Positions 11,667-24,090 of a DNA stretch of 53,722 bases are shown one piece after another. The position numbers were made by a program, and so were the translations under genes. Position 1 is the stretch's first letter. Every line of letters begins with the position of its first letter. Below the pieces are notes generated by a model. That model worked only from the letters and a program-made list of their open reading frames with translations, had not been told where the DNA came from and did no database searches. Source of the stretch: Trichomonas gallinae (Eukaryota); NCBI GenBank assembly GCA_008369845.1, contig MRSU01010034.1:1-53722 (forward strand). Direction: 5' to 3'.

Positions 11667-12644
11667 CTAGTTTTTCTTGGGAAAATGAATTTTGTAAATA
11701 ATAAGACAAGTTGCAGGTAAAAGTACTAAAAATATAGACCATGCAGCTACCTCGGCTTTTCCAAAAAGAGCAAATGGCCCTTTTTGTGGAATTTCATAAT
11801 TCTTAAAATATGTGTTAATAACATAATAAATAGACTGTGCTGACTTGCTTATTATCTCTCTAGTATGATCCTGGCAAGCATCTTGAAACTTCTGATCAGT
11901 TTTATAATTATTTTTCAATTTATTGTAATAAGTTTTAACTGTATATTGATATGTCTCGTCCGCGACAACAAAAGACGAATTCGCGCCAAAAGCAGCAGCT
12001 GAATCGAATCCATGAGTCAACAAAACTTGATCTGCGATTTTAGAAACACTTTGATAGAATTCATCGCTGTATATTTCTGATTTAGACGACAAATTGCATC
12101 CACTTTCAATATAATCGAATAATGTTGTTTTTTCATTGATATTGCTGAATTTCACATTTATATTAAAAAGTTTTCCATTGTTATCACCATTTGGGAAGTC
12201 ATCACTGAAAAGCTCTGATGTGTGCAATGGTGTATATAAGTCAGGAATCAATCCAAACACGACTTTTAGCAACATAGAAATCGGCCAAGGCCTTGGGCTC
12301 GTTAATTCGGCGAGATGTTTAATAGTATGATTCACTGTACTAGGTAGGTCATCAACATTCTCGTGTCTTGGATAATCTCGTGATTGCGGAATTAAATATG
12401 GTCTATGAGCGAAATGCCAATGTTCGAATGATTTCAGGTTGTAAGGTTGATTCTTTACATCCAACATCCATGTAGTAATTTTCATTGGATGTTTTATTAA
12501 ATCTTCATCTTCTCCAGATTCCATGAAAATCCTTGTTAATTTAGTCTTGTAGTCAGAATCCAGCTTCCTGAAGACAATTTCACCAATCGTGTACATCAAC
12601 TCATGATTTAGTTGTCTTCCTAGGAAAGGAAGAAAGAAAAACAT
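11667..12644 (-). CDS. S1/P1 (class I) nuclease-like protein with C-terminal TM helix; catalytic motifs degenerate
   Basis: WMLDVK..WHFAH, DLYTPLH and DNNGK correspond to the S1/P1 motifs WADxxK..WH, HxxGDxHQPLH and DxGGN; C-terminal AAWSIFLVLLPATCLIIY followed by KIHFPKKN; Inr TCATT just upstream of the ATG. Confidence 0.75.
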   Translation of the reverse strand: MFFFLPFLGRQLNHELMYTIGEIVFRKLDSDYKTKLTRIFMESGEDEDLIKHPMKITTWMLDVKNQPYNLKSFEHWHFAHRPYLIPQSRDYPRHENVDDLPSTVNHTIKHLAELTSPRPWPISMLLKVVFGLIPDLYTPLHTSELFSDDFPNGDNNGKLFNINVKFSNINEKTTLFDYIESGCNLSSKSEIYSDEFYQSVSKIADQVLLTHGFDSAAAFGANSSFVVADETYQYTVKTYYNKLKNNYKTDQKFQDACQDHTREIISKSAQSIYYVINTYFKNYEIPQKGPFALFGKAEVAAWSIFLVLLPATCLIIYKIHFPKKN

Positions 12645-13337
12645 TTGATTAATGACATTTCTTGTTTTATATTTGTAATAGATGGGTATAGAATAACTGC
12701 TTTTTATTAAAAGAAATCCAGTTTAACGAAAAATAAAAACATTTTTTATTTTCTCAATTTTTATCCTTATTTTATTAATGAAATAACTCTGTTCTATGAA
12801 ATTAGGACGTATTATTAAACTCTTGTTTCCCAACGATGACTGTAAATTTTTAACCTTATTAAGATTTCACATGAAAAACTTTTTTTTTTTTTGCTGCAGC
12901 AAAATCTTTGATTTTCTACTGTAAATATATACAAAATCGTATACTTCCTCTTCATTTTAAATTATGCAGCAAAACATCAATACCGATATAGATTTGAGAC
13001 TCAATATTGTTGATCTTCGAATCTGACATGTAAACAGTCAAAATATTTTTCTTCCAAAATTATATTTTGATATGAAATCAATGTACGCGATCAATGATTT
13101 GATAATTATTTCTTATATATGTATTAATAGCTGTATATTTTAGATGCCACTAGATTTGCTAGAGAAATTCGCATCTATTAATTGCATAATGATAAGAAAA
13201 AATATCAAGAACTAGTCAATGATATCGAAAAGTGATAAAAAGTATTGACAAATGTCATATTTTGAATGACTTTGACATGTAAAAAAATGTGCAAAAGTGT
13301 GAAAAGTGAAAAATAACAAATTTTATAATACAACGAC

Positions 13338-15734
13338 TTATTTGTCGGCTGATGGACCGTTTGTGCTGACAGCGACTGTATGGACGACATCCCACAAAAC
13401 CTGCATCTTTGAGTTCAGTGACTGCATGAATGTGGCCTGGAGGGACTTAGATGCCTCAATTTCTGTGCACTTCAACAACAAACAGTTTTCAACTTGCTGA
13501 AGTCTCCTCCTTGGATTGGCCTGGAAACACTCTAAAGGAGCAGTAAACATCAGCTCAATTAAGACTAGGATCAGTCTAGCACGCTTTCTTAGCGAATTAA
13601 ATGCCGGACATGCCCAGTCGCAAAGCCTCTGCATGCCGTTCTGACCGATCGTATCAATCATTTCCTTGGATAGTTTAAGTGGAGGAGTGAATGGTTTTGT
13701 TACATCACCCAAAATGAAGCCGTAGTCGATGTGGAGAAGTCTGCCGTCTTTTGTCACCAAAATGTTGTTATCGTGTCTGTCTCCGATTTTGAGCACATAT
13801 GTCATGACCGAATAAGCGGCGAGTGATTCGGTGAAAATTTCGATTTTCGCTGGATTAACTTTTCCATCTGCATCAGCCAAAAACTGCTGAATGTTCATTC
13901 CATCTTTAGCGATATCCAGGATTGCTCTGGAGTTATCAATGAACTGGCAGCATCCGAATGTCTCTGAGAATGCCAATGTCTTATAAGCTGTGATGTTCAG
14001 CTGCATACTTGCGCCTTTAAATATATGATCCATGACTTCGAACAATTGCAGAATTAACTGATCTTGTCTCATATCATCACCGATCTTGAAAATGACTCTA
14101 TAGAGGCCTCCATCCTGCAGCTTGAAGGCCAAGCAAACTGGGCAGAGTTTAGACTTGAAAACTTTGATGTCAGAAACATCTATGCCGACAACAAATAACT
14201 TTGGATCCAATGGTAAACGTGTTGGCTTGAAATCTTTGAGCTGAGAATGTGCTGGATCATTATTCAATAAATCTCTGATTGTATCTCTAATAACTGCTGG
14301 CGCTGCCTTAGGATGGTTCTGTAGTAATGAATATAATCGCTTATAAAGATCAATTTCATCTTCTAGTTGTTGCTTGACTTCTCCTGTCAGTTTTTCGTCA
14401 AGTTTTGACAAAACTTCTTTGAACGCTGTACTTTCAACTTGCGCGTTCCAATATAGAGTAGAAGCGAAAATTGGGTCTTCCATTGCATGTGCTATCAATA
14501 CATCGACTAACCCGTCTGTGTTAGGAACTTTGCATGCTTGTAAAATTTGCGGTAAATAAAGCAGAATATCATCGTGCTTCATATTTTTGACACATTTTAC
14601 AGCGAAACTTCTGACAATGTCGATATTATAGCGATCTGTGAAGAATTCCAATGCGTACTCGGCGTCAATTGGCTCTCTGTCTGCCAAAATCTTCGCGATC
14701 TCTTCTTTTTCGTTTGAATTATCCCAGTTAATGGCCCTGAAAAGTGCCGGCATTAAAGCTTGATCTCTAATGCAAGCCCTGAAGTTATTATAAAGGCAAT
14801 TGATTTCAGAAGGCTGCAGCTCAACGAGTGGACCATAAGACTTAACTTTGTTGAGTGTTTTAGTATCATCTACGTCTCTTAAAAATGACTTGAATCCACC
14901 TGTTGAGTGTGTCAAGTCGTGATAAAGTCTTTGTGACGGATTCAACGAATTCGGGGATTTCGATGATGGCAGCATGATTCCATCGTGAATAATCAAAGTT
15001 GTTGGGTCATTGCATGGAGATTCGATGTAAACTTGAGCAAATTGTGAAAAATTGGATAAGTTAGGTGGATGTGAAGGCGTGAGGATTGATTTGTAGAAAA
15101 TTTCTGCATCTCGTGGATGGAAATACGAATTTACAATTCTGAGCTGTGAATCAATGAAAGAATATTCTGGATCTTTTCCTGTGTAAAGACGGCGAATGTG
15201 GCGTTGTAATTTTGTGGATGGAAATCCATCAAATGTAAGCGGGAAGAAGCCAAGTCTTAATCTTGGAAATCTTCGTGTAAATAATCTCAACTGAGTTTTG
15301 CCAATAAATTTTGGATCTGTCTGGAATAATATTGCGTAGAATTTAATCGATATATACGTATCGACAGGAAGCTCGGAATAATTTAGTGGAAATTCGACAA
15401 CTCTGTTCCACTCGAATATATGCTGGATACGATTTACGTTCTTTATCACAGGATTATTTGTCTTTTTCGTATTGTATTGTTTAGATTGAATTATTATTGG
15501 ACAAGTTATTGGCCTTTCTTTTGAAACAAGAATGCATTCGGCTTCAGCAATAAATGGGATTTCGTTTTTCGTATCCCACTGGCCAATTAAAGTAATAGGT
15601 GGATCAATCGCAAAATAATGGTAGATATCGAAAGGAGTTTGAGCGTCAACATCGACGACCAGGTTTTGTAGGGTCATTTTGAAGTTAGTTTCGTAGTTGG
15701 CTGTTTTAGAAAGGCCAACGTTGACTTGAGACAT
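13338..15734 (-). CDS. VPS34: Class III phosphatidylinositol 3-kinase (Vps34-like)
   Basis: C2-like N-terminus (EWNRVVEFPLNYSELP), PIK helical domain (ALEFF..VRSFAV..YLPQILQA) and kinase motifs FKSKLCP, KIGDDMRQD, IGDRHDNN, HIDYG; no Ras-binding domain. Confidence 0.88.
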   Translation of the reverse strand: MSQVNVGLSKTANYETNFKMTLQNLVVDVDAQTPFDIYHYFAIDPPITLIGQWDTKNEIPFIAEAECILVSKERPITCPIIIQSKQYNTKKTNNPVIKNVNRIQHIFEWNRVVEFPLNYSELPVDTYISIKFYAILFQTDPKFIGKTQLRLFTRRFPRLRLGFFPLTFDGFPSTKLQRHIRRLYTGKDPEYSFIDSQLRIVNSYFHPRDAEIFYKSILTPSHPPNLSNFSQFAQVYIESPCNDPTTLIIHDGIMLPSSKSPNSLNPSQRLYHDLTHSTGGFKSFLRDVDDTKTLNKVKSYGPLVELQPSEINCLYNNFRACIRDQALMPALFRAINWDNSNEKEEIAKILADREPIDAEYALEFFTDRYNIDIVRSFAVKCVKNMKHDDILLYLPQILQACKVPNTDGLVDVLIAHAMEDPIFASTLYWNAQVESTAFKEVLSKLDEKLTGEVKQQLEDEIDLYKRLYSLLQNHPKAAPAVIRDTIRDLLNNDPAHSQLKDFKPTRLPLDPKLFVVGIDVSDIKVFKSKLCPVCLAFKLQDGGLYRVIFKIGDDMRQDQLILQLFEVMDHIFKGASMQLNITAYKTLAFSETFGCCQFIDNSRAILDIAKDGMNIQQFLADADGKVNPAKIEIFTESLAAYSVMTYVLKIGDRHDNNILVTKDGRLLHIDYGFILGDVTKPFTPPLKLSKEMIDTIGQNGMQRLCDWACPAFNSLRKRARLILVLIELMFTAPLECFQANPRRRLQQVENCLLLKCTEIEASKSLQATFMQSLNSKMQVLWDVVHTVAVSTNGPSADK

Positions 15735-15808
15735 CTACTAAAAATTTTTTTGATTTAAACATGTAGTTGTATATAGCTACGTATGGGTCTATTTAACTAT
15801 TTATATTC

Positions 15809-16110
15809 ATGATGTCGCTCAAAAACTTTGATATTTTATTTTCAAGATTTTAATTTGTCTTTTCGAGCATTATTAATATCATTTACAGTGATTATGCTGT
15901 TATTTTCATTAATGATGTCGCTCAACAATCAATTAAAATTTTCATAATTTTAAATTCTCATTTTTGGCATTGTCAGTTTCATTCACATCAATTATGCTGT
16001 TATTTCCATTAATGATATAGTTCAAAAACTTTGATAATTAATTTTAATGATTGTAATTTTTCTTTTTTAGTATTATCAATTTCATTTTCATTAACCACTA
16101 TGTTAATTCC
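15809..16110. repeat. Three imperfect ~100-bp tandem repeats upstream of Vps34
   Basis: Units start atgatgtcgctcaa (15809, 15912) and atgatatagttcaa (16012); shared attatgctgttatttYcattaatgat and aaaaactttgata. Confidence 0.8.
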
Positions 16111-16876
16111 AAAGCAAATTATAACAAACTCATCACGATATTATTTCATCATTTTATTATTTATTGAATTAACCTTTGTAATATAAAATATTATAATATA
16201 TTGGATTTATTAAACATTATATTAAAGTATTTTTAGGTCTAAAAACATTATGAAAAAAATGAAATATATATATCATATATAATAAAATTCTGTAAGTATT
16301 AATTCCAACTAAGCACAATATGGGTATGATGAGGTTTGTTTCCCAGGAGTGTAAACATGAAACGAAAAATGTCAATAAATTTATTTCGGAGCTGGAGCGC
16401 TGTGCAACTAAGTATTCAATGCATTGTCAGAAATAGTAATGGGGATTTTGATATTAGCTCTTAGTTTCAAAGAATCAAAATCCGATGCTGTCCGATATTG
16501 TCATCCTCGCGCTTTTAAACTTGTTCCTGCGATTGAATTCGTGTCATCAGCATGCCATGATGTTAGTTACACAATAATAATTTTCATTGATATTTTCTGA
16601 AATTATTGAGCATAATATAGACTTTAGGAAAAGAAATATCCATTAACTATGTTATTTCTATTCTAGTTATGATATTCTTAAAAGCCAAATTTAATAATAA
16701 ATAGCAAATTTAATTAAGGACCAAAAAAATGATCGATAACAGCATCAAATATAAACTAATCCGCATTGATATCAATAAGATATATAATATATTAAAAGAA
16801 CAAGATAAAATAACGCAAAATTAAAATTTACACAAACACAAATATAACAAACAACAACAAAATACATACATTAACT

Positions 16877-17809
16877 TCATCTCTTGGTATTAATTATTGG
16901 TCGAGGGATCAACAGCTTGCTTGGAATAAAAGAGTGCTTACCGACTAAAACTGATTTCTCCGAAGTAAACTTTGGTTTGATCAATATTGAGCATTGCCCC
17001 TGGCTCAAGACAGTTCTAATTGTCTTTGCCTGCGGTCCATTAATGAAATAGGGCATTTCAAGGATTTCGTTAATTGTGCATCTGTCGTCTGGATTGATTT
17101 GGAGGCAACGCATGATAACACGTCTTAAGTTGGGATTCTTGACTGCGAATATCGGGTAGTTACCATCCATAATCATCTTGAGCATTAATTGAGAATTCGA
17201 CGCAATAAATGGGTAAGTTCTTGTAGATAAGAAGAACAATGTAACTCCTAAGGCCCAAATATCTGATTTAAGTGGGTTGTGGTTCTCGTTCTGAAGCAGC
17301 TCAGGCGCCATGAAGAACAAAGTGCCTTTGCAGTTATGTGTGTAGTCATCATTCATCATTGAAAGGCCAAAGTCGCAGGCTTTGATCCTTCCATACTTAT
17401 CAACAAGGAAGTTAGAGGGTTTTATATCATTATGTGCAATGTTGCAATCATGTAAGGCTTTGATTGATTTGACGATCTCATAGCAGTACTTGTATAAGCA
17501 CTGGCAATCAGTCTCTTCGCTATTGATAATAAGATGATATAAGTCATTCTGGCAATATTCCATCAACAGATAAACATTGTTTTCGAATTTGTAGTATTGA
17601 TACAAATTAACAATGTTAATGTAGTTGATGGATTTTAATACCTCAATCTCAGCCTGGTTAAACCTCTTTATTGGGATCCTCTTCATAGCAAATAATGACT
17701 TGTAGACAGTAGAATAGACAAGGAAAATCTGTCCGAAGCCTCCCTTTCCAATCTCTTGTTTCACAATGATTCCCTGTTCCTCGAAGAACTCAACTTCTTT
17801 TTGATTCAT
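16877..17809 (-). CDS. CAMK-group Ser/Thr protein kinase (non-RD)
   Basis: GKGGFG, AMK, HNDIKPSN, DFG, APE, DIWALG motifs; Inr TCATTT upstream. Confidence 0.92.
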   Translation of the reverse strand: MNQKEVEFFEEQGIIVKQEIGKGGFGQIFLVYSTVYKSLFAMKRIPIKRFNQAEIEVLKSINYINIVNLYQYYKFENNVYLLMEYCQNDLYHLIINSEETDCQCLYKYCYEIVKSIKALHDCNIAHNDIKPSNFLVDKYGRIKACDFGLSMMNDDYTHNCKGTLFFMAPELLQNENHNPLKSDIWALGVTLFFLSTRTYPFIASNSQLMLKMIMDGNYPIFAVKNPNLRRVIMRCLQINPDDRCTINEILEMPYFINGPQAKTIRTVLSQGQCSILIKPKFTSEKSVLVGKHSFIPSKLLIPRPIINTKR

Positions 17810-19873
17810 TGTAAAAAAATGATTTTATTTAAAATTTTACAACTTTTTTAATTTTGGGCTAAAATGATTCTGTTGTCTTAAGGTATTAATTTGCCTGGTC
17901 AGATGAGGGTAAACAAAAATTGAATCCGCAATTGAAAATTTTAATCAATCAACGTACTTTTAAAAATATTCTTTATAAACATAGTATATATGTTTAAACA
18001 GATATATTGATAAAAATATTGAAAAGCGTAGTTATTCCGGAGATGTCCATTAGAGTGTATATAGCAATATATATATGAAAAGATTTTGATTATTATTGAA
18101 TTTTTGACAAATTCTTTTCAAATATTAAAATGTAAAAAAAATCGAGAAATATCTGCATATATTGTTATCGATGATAATGCATAAGATAAAAAATAATCGA
18201 ATGAACATTTAAAATTATAATCCTCCTCAAAAGAAAAAATAAATGCAGCAAAATTTTGAGGAAATATTGCATAGTATACTACATACTACATGAATACATT
18301 ATTTGTGCGTGGGGTTTATTTTTGAAAAATCTTGTATAATATAGAATTTAGTGTTTAATTAATTTCTTTTCAAAAAATAAACACACAAAATTTGAATGTA
18401 TCTGTTAAAACTTTTGAAAGGAATTTGAAAAGGAGATTTCGGATTAAATGCAATTTTTTGACATGAATGAACTTAATTGCATTATGATGCCTATGCATAT
18501 CTCTTTCAGATTCTAAAATCGATGGATTTACCGATGATACGTTAGTGTCTTCTGCTGTTATAACATGGATTTACATAGCATAGAAAGTTATTAACCGATA
18601 TATCAACGTTGACGAAAAATTGAAATTGAGAAAATTGCTTTTAAAAATCGACCAGTAATTGTATACTGTTATGTAAATCACACCTATTGCCTATAGTATC
18701 GTTAAAAATCATCAAAAGTTGTAGCTTTCCCAACCTTGAAAGATTCCATAAATTTCCCGTTACAAAATTTTGCATCACAACTCTATATATAATATATATT
18801 ACTTGAATATAGCAGTTATCACGCGTTAAAACTCATTTTAGTCCCCATTGGCATTTTTTGGTTGAGGTTGTGTTATAAGTTTCTCATATTGCAGCATTGA
18901 GCTATATTAATCCAAAGCATTAAAATATTCTACACCAGCTTGCACTATAATTATGATGATACATTTAAATCTCATGAATTTTACAATGAAATGATTTGTA
19001 CTCTAATTAGTGCCTTTTCATATATTTATTAATACTAGAGGAATAGCATTATTACTATTTATAATCAAACCATATAAAGCAAACTATATTTAATTTAAAC
19101 ATAGAGACGAGAAATATATTAGAACAGCCAAATGTATACATTTGTAATCATTTCATAATCATTACATGTAAATATCAAATTTTCAAAATTGCAATAAAGC
19201 TTTCTAATGACATTTGTCTATGACAATATGTTTCAGAAATCTATGTATATGGCGATTTGCTGACTATTTAAAATTGCTCATACATTAGTTTAGGAACCTC
19301 GATAAATTTATATTTACCAACCATTGAAATTTTGGATCACTTTTTGTTAGCTAAAAAAAAACATGATCGGAATTGAGTTTTTCCCCAGCCATTTGGATCA
19401 ATAATTTAAACAATGAACAATTGCTAGCTCGATAATATAAAAAAACGAATTTTTTCATAAAAATACGATTGAATAAGATTCAAAAGTGAAAATTTTGTAA
19501 AAGTGACACAATTTTGCCCCAAACTTTCATTTTTTTAAACATATATTATTACATAATGGAAAATAATTTGTGTCACTTTTTAATAGTTTGTGAAATTGCA
19601 TAACTACATTGTTCATATCGAGTATATGCATCATTACATTCGTTTCGTTCAAATTGAATTTTATGGATAATATACTAGATTATCATATATAAATCATTTT
19701 TCAACGACGATCGAAAATATTTAAACAATTGAAATAAAATATTGAATTTTATAAATCGATCAAATGATTTAGAAATATGATACACAGTGTAATTCCAAAA
19801 ATAATCGAAATTATAATTTTCTGAATTTTCATAGGATCAGTTTTCAAAGGATCAAAGAAATCATTATTATTTA

Positions 19874-20431
19874 ATGTCTGTTGTATATTTCAACATCAAG
19901 CAAATCGCCCTCCTCCATATGAAGCCATCAGATATCACCGAATTAGGAAAGAAGGACATCGACAAGATTAAAACAAAGAAAAATAAACCGATGAAATATA
20001 AACTGAAAGTTATTAATGATGACTACAGCACATACAGAGACTTCGATTTCACACTCGAAACAGTCGCAAGACTCGAAAGAAAATACCATTTGACTTTGCA
20101 TAACAAAGGCATGGGATTTACTATCGAATTGCTTAAAAAGAAGTCTAATAAGTATATTCCGGTCGCACATATCAGAATAAACTCAGAGGAACTCCCAGTT
20201 GACAAGAAATTCTTCGCTGACATGGTCATGAAAAGTGAAAAGGCAGATAGAGTTTATCTAGTCAGAATACTTGTACACTTGTCTGATGTACTCAGGTGTT
20301 ACAAGTGTGAATTTATCAAACCACCTTATCCAACAGTTGATATGGATTTCATCCTCCATGAGTACCTTACAGAAAAAGATGTTCAAAACCCAAAGAGTTT
20401 CTTAGCTCCTCTTAAAAAGCACTCGAACTAA
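19874..20431 (+). CDS. Hypothetical protein, paralog of 21657 (possible divergent C2-like beta sandwich)
   Basis: Inr TCATTA at 19861; aligns with the 21657 ORF (YFxIK, FTIELxKK, LPVDK, HLS, VDxDF). Confidence 0.75.
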   Translation: MSVVYFNIKQIALLHMKPSDITELGKKDIDKIKTKKNKPMKYKLKVINDDYSTYRDFDFTLETVARLERKYHLTLHNKGMGFTIELLKKKSNKYIPVAHIRINSEELPVDKKFFADMVMKSEKADRVYLVRILVHLSDVLRCYKCEFIKPPYPTVDMDFILHEYLTEKDVQNPKSFLAPLKKHSN

Positions 20432-21656
20432 TTTGACTTTTCTATTGTCTTTGTTATTTGTATAAAATTTCCTTGTTTTATGACAAACTTTTTTTAAAGC
20501 TGAGAAATCAAATACACAGCAGCTTTTCATTCTAATTTAGGCATTTCATGAAAAAAACAGAATGGCCACGACAATAGAAATAATTTTTTAATTCTTTGAT
20601 CGATTTTATTCATATTATTACAAAATTTATCTATATAGGCTTCTATAACTATTTTTAGATATTATCATAAAATATCACCGTTGCAGGGGAAAAAAAAATA
20701 AATATTTTTCGACCAAACTGAACTATATAACATAACTCATCAAAAATATTGGTTTCCTGTATGTTTGGTATATTTATGCATCAATTAAAGTTGTTAAACT
20801 GCATCACTTAATGATTGGAAAATTTGACAAATTTGGTAAATTGTCAAACATGATAGTTTTTTGTCATGTAAATTGTCAGAAAATAATGTATTTTTCTGGA
20901 GAATCTAAATATATCTGTATTTCTATTAAAATGCACATCCCACTGTGCAAATATGCTATGTATATCTGCAACTATTAACAAGCAATGTTGTAATGATCAA
21001 AAATTTGGATAATATCGATCATTATAAACTTAAATTGAATGGAAGCTTAGATGCGTTTATGATTATAATTATGATGCCAATTCATTATTTAAACATTAGT
21101 GACCAATCTGATGTAATACTAATTTAATAAATTTTCAACAATCAAGTAATTTAAAAACAAAATTTAAATCTTAACTTTACTGATAAAGAAATGATACGAT
21201 ATGGTGATTAATATTGGTTTTATGATATTTGTTTGTTAATTTAAGCTAAAAAATTATCGGAGCAAATAATCGTGTAAAATTTTGTCATAAACACACATTT
21301 AGATAAAGCATTTAATAAAATATAGGTAATACTATAATATTATTGCTGATCTTCACCATATTACATTAAAAATATTTGAAAATTGAGTGTTGAAACTGTA
21401 AAACATTAAATTTGATGAATAAATGTATGTAATATTAAGTTCATTATATAATCAATGATGAATGAATTGAATATAGTCCTCAAAATGGATAAATTGTGTC
21501 AAACAAACGATCGAAAAAAACTTCAACATACTTTTTATTTGGAAGGTGCAAATGAGCTTATTATGATATATGCATTAATTTAATAAGCACGAGATTTGAA
21601 ATGGCAGTATAGAAAATTTTGAGCTAAAATCTTATAACGAATTATCATTTTTTTCA

Positions 21657-22232
21657 ATGAAGATTCTTTACTTCAGCATCAAGGAAATAGCAGTACTCAA
21701 TATGCAGGCGCATAATACACTAATCATTGGAAATGATAAAATTACGAAATTCAAAAAACCAAACAAAACTCAAAAGATAAAATCAATGATAATGAAAGTC
21801 ACAAATGATCAATTCGGTATATTTAAAATGTTCGAATTCAAACTCAGAAATGTTTCAAAATTCCATAGAAGATTTCATATGAAAATGTTTAATCCAGAAA
21901 TGAGTTTCACTATTGAACTATTCAAAAAAAGTCTACTCAAAGTAAAGAGAGTTGCCTTCTTAAAAATATTCCCAAATGATTTGCCAGTCGATAAAATGTG
22001 CATGAATGATTTGATGATGAACAGCAACAATACAGAAATATACATGATAAGGATGCTGATGCATTTATCAGAAAAACAAGCTCGCTACAGATCAGAGTAT
22101 GTTAAATCACCTTTTAATCAAGTTGACATTGATTTTCTTGTTGAGCACTTCATTCATTCCAAAGAATCAAAAATCATTCCTAACAACAATGATACCCAAG
22201 ACTTGAAAACTCCTCTTCTTACATCGCTTTAA
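21657..22232 (+). CDS. Hypothetical protein, paralog of 19874
   Basis: Inr TCATTT ~10 nt upstream; full-length similarity to the 19874 ORF. Confidence 0.75.
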   Translation: MKILYFSIKEIAVLNMQAHNTLIIGNDKITKFKKPNKTQKIKSMIMKVTNDQFGIFKMFEFKLRNVSKFHRRFHMKMFNPEMSFTIELFKKSLLKVKRVAFLKIFPNDLPVDKMCMNDLMMNSNNTEIYMIRMLMHLSEKQARYRSEYVKSPFNQVDIDFLVEHFIHSKESKIIPNNNDTQDLKTPLLTSL

Positions 22233-24090
22233 TTGTCCTATATCTAGGGCATAGTGATTGGCTTTATCATCAATTTGTTATTATATTAAACATTGTAATT
22301 ATATTTATTCATATTGAATATCAGCTCATGTAAAATCAATAAAATAAGAAAAAATGTTACTATATCATTTATATTTATCATGTACAATTATTTCACATAA
22401 TCAAAATTACAATTCATGAGATATTCACATCTTTAGGGACAACATGTATGTTTGTTTGATGTGATTTGTGTTGTTGTTCATGAGTAGAAAGAATGTTTAA
22501 TGAGATGGGAAAATTGATACTTAATCTTACTCATATACATTAAGCAGCTATCATTTCATATATTATTTGTTAATTCATTAAAAAATGGAAAAACAAATGA
22601 ATGGTAATACATTCCATGTTATGATTCAGAATCAAATAAAAATGCACTATTAATAAAATACTGCTATAATGGCTAGTCTTTTGTGCATCAACATTGAAAT
22701 TGATCTATAAATATCATATCCTGGACATCCTGTATCCTCATGAATAAATTACATTGTTCAACTTTATGGAGGAACAAAATGATGATGTAAAACTCTAATG
22801 CATGCACCGTAATTCATTCTTCATAGATTTATATCAGGCTCTTTATTATGTTGAATCACTCTTAAGAAAAAATCTCTATTCTGCTTGTTTTAAATTGATA
22901 GGAAAAAAAACAATTGATATATACAATTGTAGAAACGAAAATATGATTTATAATAAATTCAGCAATCTCTTTTTTCTATTTTTCTTTTGAAATGTTATCT
23001 AGAACAATACAAATTATAAATCTTTTCGACAAAACAGATGATCTCAATAAATTGTATTGATTTAAAATTTGAAGATTAATCTAATGTAAACATATATCTA
23101 TGATTGCATGTGAAATATTAAGCTTTGAATCTGAAATCTCAAAAGAATCCAATAAAAAATACGTAAATTTCATGTTGTTATATGCTTAAACAATGCTGTA
23201 ACTATAATAAAATAATTTAAATAATGTTTTGGTAGTATCTATTAATATCACGGGCTCCTGAAAAGAAAAACAAAAAAAATTTAACGACATTGAAATTTGA
23301 TATTTTGTTATTATACTGAATATTGTCATCTAAAACATTTATCATTTAAAAATTGTCCAAAAAATAACCTTACGGAGCTTGACAAATGAAATTATGGAAA
23401 ATATATGCTTCATATGTTTAGATATTGTGTTATTTATCATTAGAAGTTTTGTAAGGAATTTACTGATCAAAAATTACAAAACTTTGTAAAAATGATTTTT
23501 AAAAGATTATAACATAGGTATCGATTGGATTGTTCAAAATTTTGAAATATCATTTTGAAATTTTTGAGTGACTTCTGAAAAGCAAAAAAATAACTAGAAA
23601 ATAATTATGCATTCATCATCTAGAATATAATCTCATAAATTAGCTAGCCAATTTTTTGAAATGTCTGGGAAATCAAAGAAATTTCTATTCAGAATAGTTT
23701 TTACATTTATCAACAATTATAATAATATCAACATAAATAATAAATCTATAACAAAATCGGTGAATATGAAATTGTTTGGAATTTCAATGATATGGTCAAG
23801 AAATGCTAGAAAATCATATCTGATCAATATTACATCATTTTTTTAACGAAAATATTTTCTTCTTTTCAAAATAAACAATGGATTTTTTTTTTATTGATAA
23901 TTATCATTAGTTTTGTCAATGCTTTGTTTTATTATCAACATAAAAAAATTATTAACCCACAGTTTTTCCTTTCAAAATATTGTATCTCAAAACTAGAAGT
24001 GACTAAACAGCATGTTTGTGATCTAAAAGATGTTTTTTAACAAGTTATTTTTGTTTTTAGTGTTTTGTGAAGAAAATATTTCATTTTCAA

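Noticed and set aside
16320..16600. GC-richer patch with a box C-like ATGATGA and short ORFs (38 and 53 aa)
   Set aside because: No nearby box D or terminal stem and no recognisable protein motif; cannot be supported
19499..19581. Short inverted repeat aaaagtgacaca / tgtgtcactttt
   Set aside because: Only ~12 bp and built from the common AAAAGTGAC/GTCACTTTT promoter-type word; no TSD, so not called as a MITE
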